In this document: positions 42,780 to 51,745 of the stretch, in pieces
Numbering within the stretch: the first letter of the stretch is position 1
Layout of the letters: every line of letters begins with the position of its first letter
NCBI GenBank assembly: GCA_963782115.1
Contig: CAWAIK010000003.1
Span: 352,001 to 416,000 of the forward strand
Direction: 5' to 3'
Length of the DNA: 64,000 nucleotides
DNA from: an uncultured Verrucomicrobiae bacterium
Lineage (GTDB): Bacteria; Verrucomicrobiota; Verrucomicrobiia; Chthoniobacterales; JAFAMB01
The notes under the pieces: model-generated
Told to the model about the DNA's origin: nothing
Seen by the model: the letters and a program-made list of their open reading frames with translations, nothing else
The model's database searches: none
Program-made: the position numbers and the translations under genes

Positions 42780-43817
42780 ATGACAGAGGACTGGCAGAGA
42801 ATCGTCGAGTTCGTTCGGTTGAATATTGCCAGCGACGTTTACCTTAATAACTGTTCCGTTAAGGCAAGGGTCGACGGTAATGTCGTCCGGTTGAGTTCCC
42901 CCGAGGATTTTACTCGAGACACCTTTGAGCGACTTGTTCGATCGCTCCTCGCGGCCAGACCGGATTTGCTGCCAGCGCTGGAGACAGCGATGCCTTCGTT
43001 GGATTTTTCGACCGAGATGCATCAAATGCGTTTCCGCGTCAATATTGTGAGAGCTCGCGGCAAATTCTCAGTCTCGCTGCGCCCGCTTCCGGAAGATCCT
43101 CCAAGCGCGGAGAGTATCGGCCTACCAGAAAAGGTGACCAAGGCCATTACTAATGCACCGGCAGGTTTGGTCCTCGTCACGGGCGCGACCGGAAGCGGCA
43201 AGACAACGACTCTGGCGGCCATTCTCGAAACGATAAACCAGACGCGACGAGTAAAGATTATCACCATTGAGGATCCGATTGAGTTTATCTTTCATGAGAA
43301 ATTGGCGGATATTGCCCAGCGGGAGGTCGGAGTCGATTGCCCTTCCTTTCATGCTGGCGCGCGGGACGCCTGGCGGCAGAATCCCGACGTAATTTCCATT
43401 GCGGAAATAAGGGATCAGGAGACGGCGGTTGTAGCCCTGCAAGCCGCTGAAACTGGACACCTCGTGCTTGGGACGCTGCACGCGAACAGTGTTGAAGAGA
43501 CGCCGGAGCGTCTCTTGAAGTTGTTGCCTACAGACTTACGGGATAGAGCACGGGACGTTTTTGCAACCGTTCTGGTGGCGCTCTTGAGCCAGGTCCTTGT
43601 CCCGAAACGGGAGAACGGGCGCATCGCCCTGCGTGAAGTGCTACTTAACGACGGCGCGATTTTGGCGGTGCTCAAAAAGGGCAGCGATCATGAGCTGGAG
43701 CACTATATGCGTTCCGGTCGATCGAGAGGCATGATTGATCGCAAAACCCACCTTCAGAGCATGAGATCTCAGCTCGAACCGCGTGAATACGAGCGGTGGA
43801 TGCAGGCGCTCACTTGA
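42780..43817 (+). CDS. pilT: PilT/PilU-family retraction ATPase
   Basis: RFRVN, GATGSGKTT, TIEDPIE, QREVG, AAETGHLVLGTLH. Confidence 0.9.
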   Translation: MTEDWQRIVEFVRLNIASDVYLNNCSVKARVDGNVVRLSSPEDFTRDTFERLVRSLLAARPDLLPALETAMPSLDFSTEMHQMRFRVNIVRARGKFSVSLRPLPEDPPSAESIGLPEKVTKAITNAPAGLVLVTGATGSGKTTTLAAILETINQTRRVKIITIEDPIEFIFHEKLADIAQREVGVDCPSFHAGARDAWRQNPDVISIAEIRDQETAVVALQAAETGHLVLGTLHANSVEETPERLLKLLPTDLRDRARDVFATVLVALLSQVLVPKRENGRIALREVLLNDGAILAVLKKGSDHELEHYMRSGRSRGMIDRKTHLQSMRSQLEPREYERWMQALT

Positions 43818-44082
43818 CGGACGATTTCCCGGAGCCGACACTTTTTCTCCCTTAAGATCCTCGTCTCAAGAGGCCTTCCATCGCTATGCCTCAAGCGTTG
43901 GAACGCGAGGGCCTTTTCCTTAGCCACAAAAATCTCCTCTATCCTCCTCCTCGGCCGCCAAGGCAAAGTCAGGACATCGTCGCCCGTAATGAAACCTATG
44001 AAGTATTGTTAGATAACAGGACACCATATCTGAAGATTCCGGATACATCCAGGCAGCTGGGATAAAGCGTACTGTCATACCT

Positions 44083-44532
44083 ATGGGAATGTTTAATAAC
44101 CTGATGTCAAAGATATTCGGGCACGCAGGCGCAGCACCCCCTGCGACGCCCGCGCCTTCGAGCACGACGATCGAATCCGCGACAGCGCCCTCTGGAACAA
44201 CACCTGCCGCGTCCGCTGTTTCTCCGGCGACGGCCGCTCCTGCCGCAACTCCCGAGGCCGCCGCTGCACCGGTCGAAACTGTCGATGTAACCGCGATCCT
44301 CGATGGGCTGGCTGCAAAGAACGCAGAAAAGCTCGACTGGAAGAAATCGATCGTCGATCTGTTGAAACTTGTCGATATGGACAGCAGTCTTTCGGCCCGG
44401 AAGCAGTTAGCGAAGGAACTTCACTATCCGGGCGATGAAAACGACTCGGCCACGATGAACGTATGGCTTCATAAACAGGTTCTCAGAGAATTATCGGAGC
44501 ACGGCGGCAAGATCCCTCGGGAACTTCTTTAG
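44083..44532 (+). CDS. DUF3597 domain protein
   Basis: LDWKKSIVDLLK, DSSLSARKQLAKEL, SATMNVWLHKQV. Confidence 0.9.
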   Translation: MGMFNNLMSKIFGHAGAAPPATPAPSSTTIESATAPSGTTPAASAVSPATAAPAATPEAAAAPVETVDVTAILDGLAAKNAEKLDWKKSIVDLLKLVDMDSSLSARKQLAKELHYPGDENDSATMNVWLHKQVLRELSEHGGKIPRELL

Positions 44533-44821
44533 ATCACAGTTTGCTAGCGAGGTCACCGGCATTCCTGGCGCGGAAATATCGATTGCTGTTCACATCGCTT
44601 TCACCATGGGACGATCTGGACACTCAATGCTTTGAATGCATCTGGTTGGACCGCCGCAGGCAAGCCGCAGATTATCCAGGGAGGCAAGAACGCGGGAACG
44701 CAGTTCATTCACGTGCGTGCCCCGGATGGAACCACAATCGAGTTGATGCAGCCGCCAAACACATCGGACCAGGATCAAACCACCCACCGGCTCCGAGGGA
44801 CTTCGGCCTAGATTCGCAGTA

Positions 44822-45031
44822 TCAGCGATCCAACGTGAACCCCACCTTCACTGTCACCTGCCAATGCGCAACCTTGTTATTCTCGAGTTGGCCGCGCACC
44901 TCGGCGACTTCAAACCAACTCATATTGCGGATTGTTTTGCCAGCTCGGTTTATCGCGTTGTTCACTGCGTCTTCGATGCCATTCGGAGAGGAACCGACCA
45001 GCTCGATCTTTTTGTAGATGTGGTCACTCAT
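44822..45031 (-). CDS. Dodecin flavin-binding protein
   Basis: [15 protein letters not shown]...WFEV..VRG...WQVTVKVGF. Confidence 0.95.
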   Translation of the reverse strand: MSDHIYKKIELVGSSPNGIEDAVNNAINRAGKTIRNMSWFEVAEVRGQLENNKVAHWQVTVKVGFTLDR

Positions 45032-45424
45032 GAAGGCATTAAATGCATCCCGGTAATGGCCAGCGAGCACATTCTGAGAATCGTGCTTTTTTGGCAATTG
45101 TTCCAATTGACGAATGCAGACCGTGGAGAATTCTCCACATTCTTTAGCCTGAACTTCAATCTGGCAATCGTCCGTTGAATGGCCTCTATCCGCCTTACTC
45201 AGAAACAAGCAACCGGCATGCGCCACAAGGCAATCGACGCACACCGGTCAAATGGAATTGATCCATTCATGTCCAAGGCAAAGCACCCCTTTGCCTGATA
45301 GCTTTGACGGGAATAAGCTCTGAAGCATCCACTTGATGGTTAGCTTAGGCAAATGATTGTGGATACCTTGAAACCGCCGTAGATCTCCAAAGGGCAAGAG
45401 ACGGAGCCGCGAACGATGTTCGGG

Positions 45425-47008
45425 CTATGAGCCGAGCGCCTTCCGCACACCGCGTTCTAATTCGATTGCCAATGGACGACATCCCATCCAGCCGACAAAT
45501 CCATCGGGGCGCAGCAGTGCGGCAGCGCCTCCAGAGACCTTCCACGAGCTCCAAAGCGACCCGTTCGAGGATGCGTCGCAGTAAGCATCGGGACGTCTGG
45601 GAGCTCTGTCGGATAATAGCAGCACGATCTTCAAATCGCAGATATTGGTGAAGTATTGCGCCACTTCAGCAACGTCCCAACTCGGCAACCTCCCGTCATC
45701 GAACAGTAGCAACACCGGTTGCGGACCCGCCAAATCCAGCAACCGCACGGAGCTGCCGTTCGGGGCGATCAAATCGCCGTCGGGGGCTCGACGCCCAATC
45801 CAAGCGCCTCTTCCGCTGACGAGCGGCGAGTGTCTGTAAGCGGTGTCGAACATGCCGATCTTTGGTGCGAAATGGGACATGATCCCCAGTCGCGGGCCGC
45901 TACGGAACAAAGCTCCAATGGCGTTTTGTACCAACCCAGGAGCGAAAAAACCGAATCGGGTGAGCAAATCGGTGTAACGATCCACGTTTTTGATAACCGC
46001 CTCGCGGCGCTCAGCCTCATAGGAAGCGAGAAGGGTCTCCGCATCCGCACCGGCAAGGACGCGGGCAAGTTTCCAAGCCAGATTGTGCGCGTCCTGGATG
46101 CCACTGTTCATTCCTTGGCCCCCCGCAGGACTATTGATGTGGCCGGCATCTCCGGCGAGGAGGATCCGCTCCTGCCGAAAGTGAGGACTCGTGCGACAAT
46201 GAATCTGGAAAACGCTGGACCAGAGATATTCGTAGGAACCAGCGCCAAAAAGTCGGTTAACTCGGCGGTCAATCGCAGAGCTCTGCACAGCTGCCTGCTC
46301 GGTTTCATTTTGCTCCAGTGTCGAAAGGATTCGCCAATGTTCGGCCTGGTAGCGTAAAGCTGCCAAAACTTGGCCTCGGGCAGGCGCCAAACGTGGCCAG
46401 GGAAGTTGGTCCCTCTCATCCCGAATGCGGATGTCGGCCAGCAGCACACGGGTCGGATAAGTTTTCCCCTGCAGCTCCCATCCTAGAGATCCGCGCACCG
46501 CGCTGTGCGCACCGTCGCAACCGATGAGATATTTACCACGATAAGTCTGAGCCGCGCCGTCAGGTCCCGCAACCTCTACCGAAACGCCGTCGCTATCTTG
46601 CTCGAAGCTCACTGCTTTGTGCCCAGGAAGCATCTCTGTCAGGCCCGCGGCTCTCACCGCTTCCAGCAGCAAGGATTCTGAGCGATTCTGCGGCAAGATC
46701 AAAATCCCAGGCACGGCACTGAGTCGTGCAAACACGCCCAGGTCCACTTCTGCCACAGGTTTAGTCTGACCGACGACCCAGAAATCGACTTTTGTGCGCA
46801 GTACACCTTCCGAAATAAATCGCTCATAAATTCCCCAGGCGCGAAAAATTTCCAGGGTGCGTGGCAGAATGCCCAGCGCGCGGGAATGCGGATCGATCTC
46901 AGATTTTGCCTCAAAAAGCGTCGAGCGCACGCCGCAGCGCGCCAGGCCCAGCGCAAGAGACAACCCCACAGGACCTCCTCCTACAATGAGAATTGGTATT
47001 TCATTCAT
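45425..47008 (-). CDS. FAD-dependent monooxygenase (PheA/TfdB-like)
   Basis: GGGPVG, GCDGAHS, AGDAGH..PAGGQGMN, LLRPDG motifs. Confidence 0.93.
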   Translation of the reverse strand: MNEIPILIVGGGPVGLSLALGLARCGVRSTLFEAKSEIDPHSRALGILPRTLEIFRAWGIYERFISEGVLRTKVDFWVVGQTKPVAEVDLGVFARLSAVPGILILPQNRSESLLLEAVRAAGLTEMLPGHKAVSFEQDSDGVSVEVAGPDGAAQTYRGKYLIGCDGAHSAVRGSLGWELQGKTYPTRVLLADIRIRDERDQLPWPRLAPARGQVLAALRYQAEHWRILSTLEQNETEQAAVQSSAIDRRVNRLFGAGSYEYLWSSVFQIHCRTSPHFRQERILLAGDAGHINSPAGGQGMNSGIQDAHNLAWKLARVLAGADAETLLASYEAERREAVIKNVDRYTDLLTRFGFFAPGLVQNAIGALFRSGPRLGIMSHFAPKIGMFDTAYRHSPLVSGRGAWIGRRAPDGDLIAPNGSSVRLLDLAGPQPVLLLFDDGRLPSWDVAEVAQYFTNICDLKIVLLLSDRAPRRPDAYCDASSNGSLWSSWKVSGGAAALLRPDGFVGWMGCRPLAIELERGVRKALGS

Positions 47009-47215
47009 GACTGAATCGGTTTGCAAGGGAACGGCTGCTAACTGCGGGGGTGACCCTGGTTGGCAGCAATACAGTTGCTCATTCAATTCGGCGAGCGTTT
47101 TTGGGTGACAGAGATTTAACTAACCATGAAACAGTGGAGAGTTATCTCCAACAGATTTTTTTATGAGATAAGCGATCCACTGCTAAGCGATTCGGACAAA
47201 CTACCAGCGCCTTTC

Positions 47216-47670
47216 ATGAATTCCGCCGCTTGGGCCTCTACTGTCTCGGGCATTGGCCTGCTCGGGCTGGTGGCCCTGGACATTTATCGCACCATTCTGG
47301 ATTCGCGCGGACGCTCGAGACCAATCACCGAAACGCTCACCCGCGGCGCGTGGCGTTTGATGCGGGCCATTGCCTTCCGTCGTTCGCGCCCGGGCCGCAA
47401 CGGGCTGCTCAACCACGTCGGGCCGCTGCTCTTGCCCGGGATCGTCGCAACGTTGGTAGTGTTGCTCATCCTCGGGTACGCTTTGAGGACATTTTGCGCC
47501 AGTTGCGGCGCGCGGGCGTACGCCTGCCGGCTGACCAAGAGGCGGGCTGGTGCGAATATCGCCACCGCCGTCACGGCTGGGAACTGCAGCTGGTCGCGTT
47601 CGCCTTGTATTTAGGCTACGACTGGGACAAGATCACCGGCGACGACAATCTGCGCCTGGCAGCCGAATAG
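47216..47670 (+). pseudogene. Potassium channel-family membrane protein with central deletion
   Basis: N-terminal TM helices up to LLILGYAL, joined out of frame to a C-terminal tail; pore region absent. Confidence 0.55.
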
Positions 47671-47743
47671 AGGCACACTGCACTGGAACTAGATTCGGCG
47701 TAAGACTGGTTTACATCCGAAATTCGCGCGTGAACTGTTTCAT

Positions 47744-47983
47744 ATGCGAAAACGAATCGAACTGGCGGCAGGATTCATCCTGGTAGCAATCATGATCTTA
47801 CTCGGTTCCTGCCAAAGCGGACGAACTTCCACCAAGAACGCAGAGCTCACTGATCCAAACACCGTCTTTGCTCAGGGTGGTGCGCACACAAATTCCGCTG
47901 CTAGAACAACTATCGGTACTTCATCTCGCAGAGGAAGGGCTACTGCCGGAGAGTCTGATGCGTCCAGTTCGCCTGGATACTGA
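47744..47983 (+). CDS. Small putative lipoprotein
   Basis: MRKR, hydrophobic stretch, LGSC lipobox. Confidence 0.5.
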   Translation: MRKRIELAAGFILVAIMILLGSCQSGRTSTKNAELTDPNTVFAQGGAHTNSAARTTIGTSSRRGRATAGESDASSSPGY

Positions 47984-48157
47984 AAACACATTTCCGAGTA
48001 GATTGCGGAAATTGTCTCGCCCTCGCGATCGGGTTGCATCTAGCTCTCCAACATGAGCCAAAGCGTTGAACTGAACGCTGAGGGGACGACACTCAGTTGA
48101 TTTTGGTGGCGGTTCGCGTCAACCGGGCGATATTGATACAACAGAGGAATAGATGTT

Positions 48158-48664
48158 ATGAAATTGCATTTTCTCCTCGCCGGGGCGGTCGCTATCGGTC
48201 TACTGATTTCGGCACCCGATTCGATGGCTCACGGCGGCGGCGGCGGAAGCGGCCACGGCGGTTCAAGTTTCCATGGCGGCTTTCATTCTGGCGGCTTCCA
48301 CGGTCGTGGTGAGCGCCATTTCTTTCGTGGTCGTTTTTTCGGTCCGGGGTTCGCCTTTTATGGATACCCATACCCCTGGTGGGGTTGGTGGGGATGGGAC
48401 TATCCCTATTATCCTTACTACGGATACGACGCATATTATGGCGGCTCCGACAGCGCCTCCTACGAAGGCAACCAACAATCCCAATTCTCCTCCACCAGAG
48501 CGGTCCAAGCGGCACTGGCGTGGCGCGGCTACTATAGCGGCCGGATTGATGGCGTGATGGGGCCTGAGACCGCTACGGCGATCCGATCGTTCCAGGCGCA
48601 TCAAGGTCTGCCGGTAACCGGCCAGATTGACAGTGGGCTGATGGATGCGTTGCGGCAACGTTGA
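48158..48664 (+). CDS. Peptidoglycan-binding domain protein with Gly/His and Tyr/Trp-rich region
   Basis: Signal peptide; VQAAL..RGYY.G.IDG.MG.ET..AIRSFQ...GL.VTG. Confidence 0.88.
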   Translation: MKLHFLLAGAVAIGLLISAPDSMAHGGGGGSGHGGSSFHGGFHSGGFHGRGERHFFRGRFFGPGFAFYGYPYPWWGWWGWDYPYYPYYGYDAYYGGSDSASYEGNQQSQFSSTRAVQAALAWRGYYSGRIDGVMGPETATAIRSFQAHQGLPVTGQIDSGLMDALRQR

Positions 48665-48719
48665 GCATCGGGCGACGATAGGACAGCGCAGCCTTTGACA
48701 TTGCATTCGCGACCCGGAG

Positions 48720-48865
48720 AATCTGCCAAACAGGATCATAGATTGGTCGGGTCCGCGACATCTGATGTCCTGGTTTCGGCCGAGGGGTTTTTTGTCCGGG
48801 CGAAGCTGAATCCAGGTGCCGGCGGTGTTCCCTGACTTTCAAGAGCTCGAAAAGGGGTGCAGAAG
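48720..48865. ncRNA. Candidate structured non-coding RNA (rod-like, possibly 6S-like)
   Basis: Nested complementary segments; upstream TTGACA at 48695; trmD has its own TATAAT at 48877. Confidence 0.3.
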
Positions 48866-48893
48866 CGATAGATAGGTATAATGAGAAACCGGT

Positions 48894-49571
48894 ATGATCT
48901 GTTTCGACATTCTGTCGCTCTTTCCGAAGCTCTGCGCGGGGGCCTTCACGGAAGGCATTCTGAAGAAGGCCCAGGAAAACCGTCTGATTCAGGTCAGGTG
49001 CCTGAATATACGGGATTGGGCTTCCGACAAACATCATGTGACCGATGAACCGCCGTACGGGGGAGGACCTGGAATGGTCATGAAACCGGAACCGATTTTC
49101 GCGGCCGTCGAATCAATCCGAACCGAGCGTTCGCACGTGATCCTGATGACCCCGGGGGGGCGCCGGTTTACTCAAGAAGTCGCTTCGGCACTCAGCCAGC
49201 AAAAGCACCTGATATTCGTTTGTGGCCACTACGAAGGAATTGATCACCGGGTCACCGAATATCTGGTGAATGAGGAACTCTCGATTGGCGATTACGTACT
49301 CTCGAATGGTGCGATAGCGGCCGCCGTGGTTGTCGATGCGGTCGCCCGATTGATCCCTGGTGTGCTCGGAGACTGCGATTCGGCCCGAGATGAATCGTTT
49401 TCATCTGGAACCTTGGAATATCCACAGTATACACGGCCGCACGAATTCCGTGGCTGGAACGTCCCGGAAATCCTGCTCTCAGGCAATCATCGTGCGATTC
49501 GTGAGTGGCGAGAAAATCAGGCCCGTCAAAAAACAAGGGAACGGCGTCCGGACCTGCTGGAGGGTTCCTGA
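48894..49571 (+). CDS. trmD: tRNA (guanine37-N1)-methyltransferase
   Basis: PYGGGPGMV, CGHYEGID, SIGDYVLS, YPQYTRP, LLSGNH. Confidence 0.98.
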   Translation: MICFDILSLFPKLCAGAFTEGILKKAQENRLIQVRCLNIRDWASDKHHVTDEPPYGGGPGMVMKPEPIFAAVESIRTERSHVILMTPGGRRFTQEVASALSQQKHLIFVCGHYEGIDHRVTEYLVNEELSIGDYVLSNGAIAAAVVVDAVARLIPGVLGDCDSARDESFSSGTLEYPQYTRPHEFRGWNVPEILLSGNHRAIREWRENQARQKTRERRPDLLEGS

Positions 49572-49598
49572 TCGGGCCTGCGCTCAGCTCAACCCGAG

Positions 49599-51737
49599 AT
49601 GAACAAAAAGATCCGATTTTTCGGGAGGCTTTTCATCGGTTTCGCACTGTCGGGCGCTATTTGTCTTTCGGTATTGGGAGCCTTTTACTTTGCGTGGGCG
49701 CTGACTTTCAATCTCAAGGACGTCGGCAAGATCCCGGAGCGATCATCAGTCTACGACATGGACGGAAAGGCGTATAGCCGACTCAGAGGCGAGAACCGAA
49801 TCCTGATCGAGCCCGGAAAGATTTCGCCATTGTTCAGATTGGCGCTCCTTGCGCGGGAAGACTCGCGCTTTTACGACCATCATGGAATAGATCCCATAGG
49901 GATCGGTCGAGCGCTCCTTCGCGATGTTGTTCACCTGCATGTTCGGGAAGGAGGCAGCACGATTACTCAACAACTGGCCCGGAACAGTTTTCCTCTTGGC
50001 GGCCGCAATCTGAGCCGGAAAATACTGGAAGCGTTCGTTGCCCTCCGGATCGAGTCCTCTTATTCCAAAGACCAGATATTGGAATTCTACGCGAACAGGA
50101 TTTACTTCGGGTCAGGCGTGTACGGCCTTGAAACCGCCAGCCAAGCTTATTTCGGAAAGTCTTCGGCCGATTTGACTCTCTCGGAAGCGGCCTTGCTTGC
50201 CGGGCTGATTCGGAGCCCGAATCGGTATTCGCCCCGGACCAACATGGAGGGTGCGATTGATCAGCGAGACGATGTGCTCGATCGGATGGCAGAATTGAAG
50301 CTGCTCTCTTCCTCTCAAGCCAACGGTGCGAAAAAGCCGTCGGTGCATCTCGCGAACAGGCGCACATCCACTGCTCAGGAAAACTACGCGATGGATGCAA
50401 TCTATCGCGAACTGCAGGGGATCGTCAGCCAGGACGCCATCGATAGCGGTGGGTTGCGCATCTATACCTCGCTTGATCCGGAGCTCCAGCGCACGGCTGA
50501 ACAGGCCACCGACAATCTGTTAACCCAGGTGGAGACCAAACCAAACTACAAACATCCAAGGAAAAGCGACTTCACCGAGCAATCGCGAGCCGCAGAAGAA
50601 CAAACTGCTTACCTCCAGGGTGCGGTTGTCGCGATGGACAATCGCACGGGAGCAATTCGAGCACTGGTCGGAGGACGTGACTATCGCGACAGCAAGTATA
50701 ATCGTGCTCTGCAGGCGTACCGCCAGGTGGGCTCAATTTTCAAACCATTTGTTTACGCTGCAGCATACGGTCGCGGAATGATGCCCGGCACCGGGGTCGA
50801 CGACGCTCCATTGCAGCATGGAGAAATATCAGCCGCTCCTAACTGGCATCCGGACAATTCGGACCGGGAAAATCACGGAGTTCTACCGGCCCGGAACGGC
50901 CTGATTTTCTCAAGAAATACGATGACGATCCGAGTGGGTGAACTGGCGACGCTGGATCGCGTGATTTCGATCGGTCAATCCGCCGGATTCGCACGAACTA
51001 TTCCCCGCCTCCCTGCAATCTATCTCGGCGCATTTGAATCAGATCTAAAAGATATTACAGCCGCCTATTCTGCATTTGCCGCGCAAGGTAAACGAAAGGA
51101 ACCCTACCTGATTGAGCGGATCGACGACGCCGACGAGAATGTAATTTACCAGGCTCACCCCAGCGATAAGCAGGCGATCTCCCCGGCGATCGCATGGATG
51201 ATTGCCCAAACCGTGCGAGGGGTAATCGAACATGGCACAGCCGCATCTGCCAAATCGCTCGGCCTCACACGGTATGCCGCAGGAAAGACCGGCACGACGG
51301 ACGACTACAAGGACGCTTGGTTCGTGGGTTTCACGAATTCGCTGACGTGCGGCGTCTGGGCCGGATTTGATCAACCGCAAACAATCCAGGAGCACGGTTA
51401 CGGTGCAACATTAGCGCTTCCAATCTGGGTCAAGGTCATGGAGAAGGCCTCGCGACAAAAATATCCGGATGGGCCGTTTCCGGCTCCGGAACCATTGATG
51501 CGCGTCCGGCTCTGCTCAGTATCGAATCGCCTGGCCACGGACGCTTGCGTCGCAGCGGGAGACGCTTATGAGATAATGCTGCCTCAATCGATTGTTCCTG
51601 CTCAATCCTGTCCGGTGCACGAGGGTCGACAACTCGGCGGATCCATCGGTTCCAATGGCTCGAGAGAACAGCACGGCGAAAATGAAGATTTCACAAGCCA
51701 TTTGTTCCGGTCGTTACGCCATCTATTCGGCGGTTAA
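49599..51737 (+). CDS. Class A penicillin-binding protein (PBP1A family)
   Basis: EDSRFYDHHG, GGSTITQQL, SIFK, SRN and KTG motifs. Confidence 0.96.
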   Translation: MNKKIRFFGRLFIGFALSGAICLSVLGAFYFAWALTFNLKDVGKIPERSSVYDMDGKAYSRLRGENRILIEPGKISPLFRLALLAREDSRFYDHHGIDPIGIGRALLRDVVHLHVREGGSTITQQLARNSFPLGGRNLSRKILEAFVALRIESSYSKDQILEFYANRIYFGSGVYGLETASQAYFGKSSADLTLSEAALLAGLIRSPNRYSPRTNMEGAIDQRDDVLDRMAELKLLSSSQANGAKKPSVHLANRRTSTAQENYAMDAIYRELQGIVSQDAIDSGGLRIYTSLDPELQRTAEQATDNLLTQVETKPNYKHPRKSDFTEQSRAAEEQTAYLQGAVVAMDNRTGAIRALVGGRDYRDSKYNRALQAYRQVGSIFKPFVYAAAYGRGMMPGTGVDDAPLQHGEISAAPNWHPDNSDRENHGVLPARNGLIFSRNTMTIRVGELATLDRVISIGQSAGFARTIPRLPAIYLGAFESDLKDITAAYSAFAAQGKRKEPYLIERIDDADENVIYQAHPSDKQAISPAIAWMIAQTVRGVIEHGTAASAKSLGLTRYAAGKTGTTDDYKDAWFVGFTNSLTCGVWAGFDQPQTIQEHGYGATLALPIWVKVMEKASRQKYPDGPFPAPEPLMRVRLCSVSNRLATDACVAAGDAYEIMLPQSIVPAQSCPVHEGRQLGGSIGSNGSREQHGENEDFTSHLFRSLRHLFGG

Positions 51738-51745
51738 TCTGCGGT

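Noticed and set aside
24720..43817. Complete conjugative ICE, or canonical T2SS
   Set aside because: No VirB4, coupling protein, relaxase or integrase in the window; a PilT-like ATPase argues against a plain T2SS
43970..48025. Third att copy closing the pilus region (ATCGTCGCCCG near 43976; AAATTGTCTCGCCC near 48008)
   Set aside because: Matches are too short and degenerate to distinguish from chance
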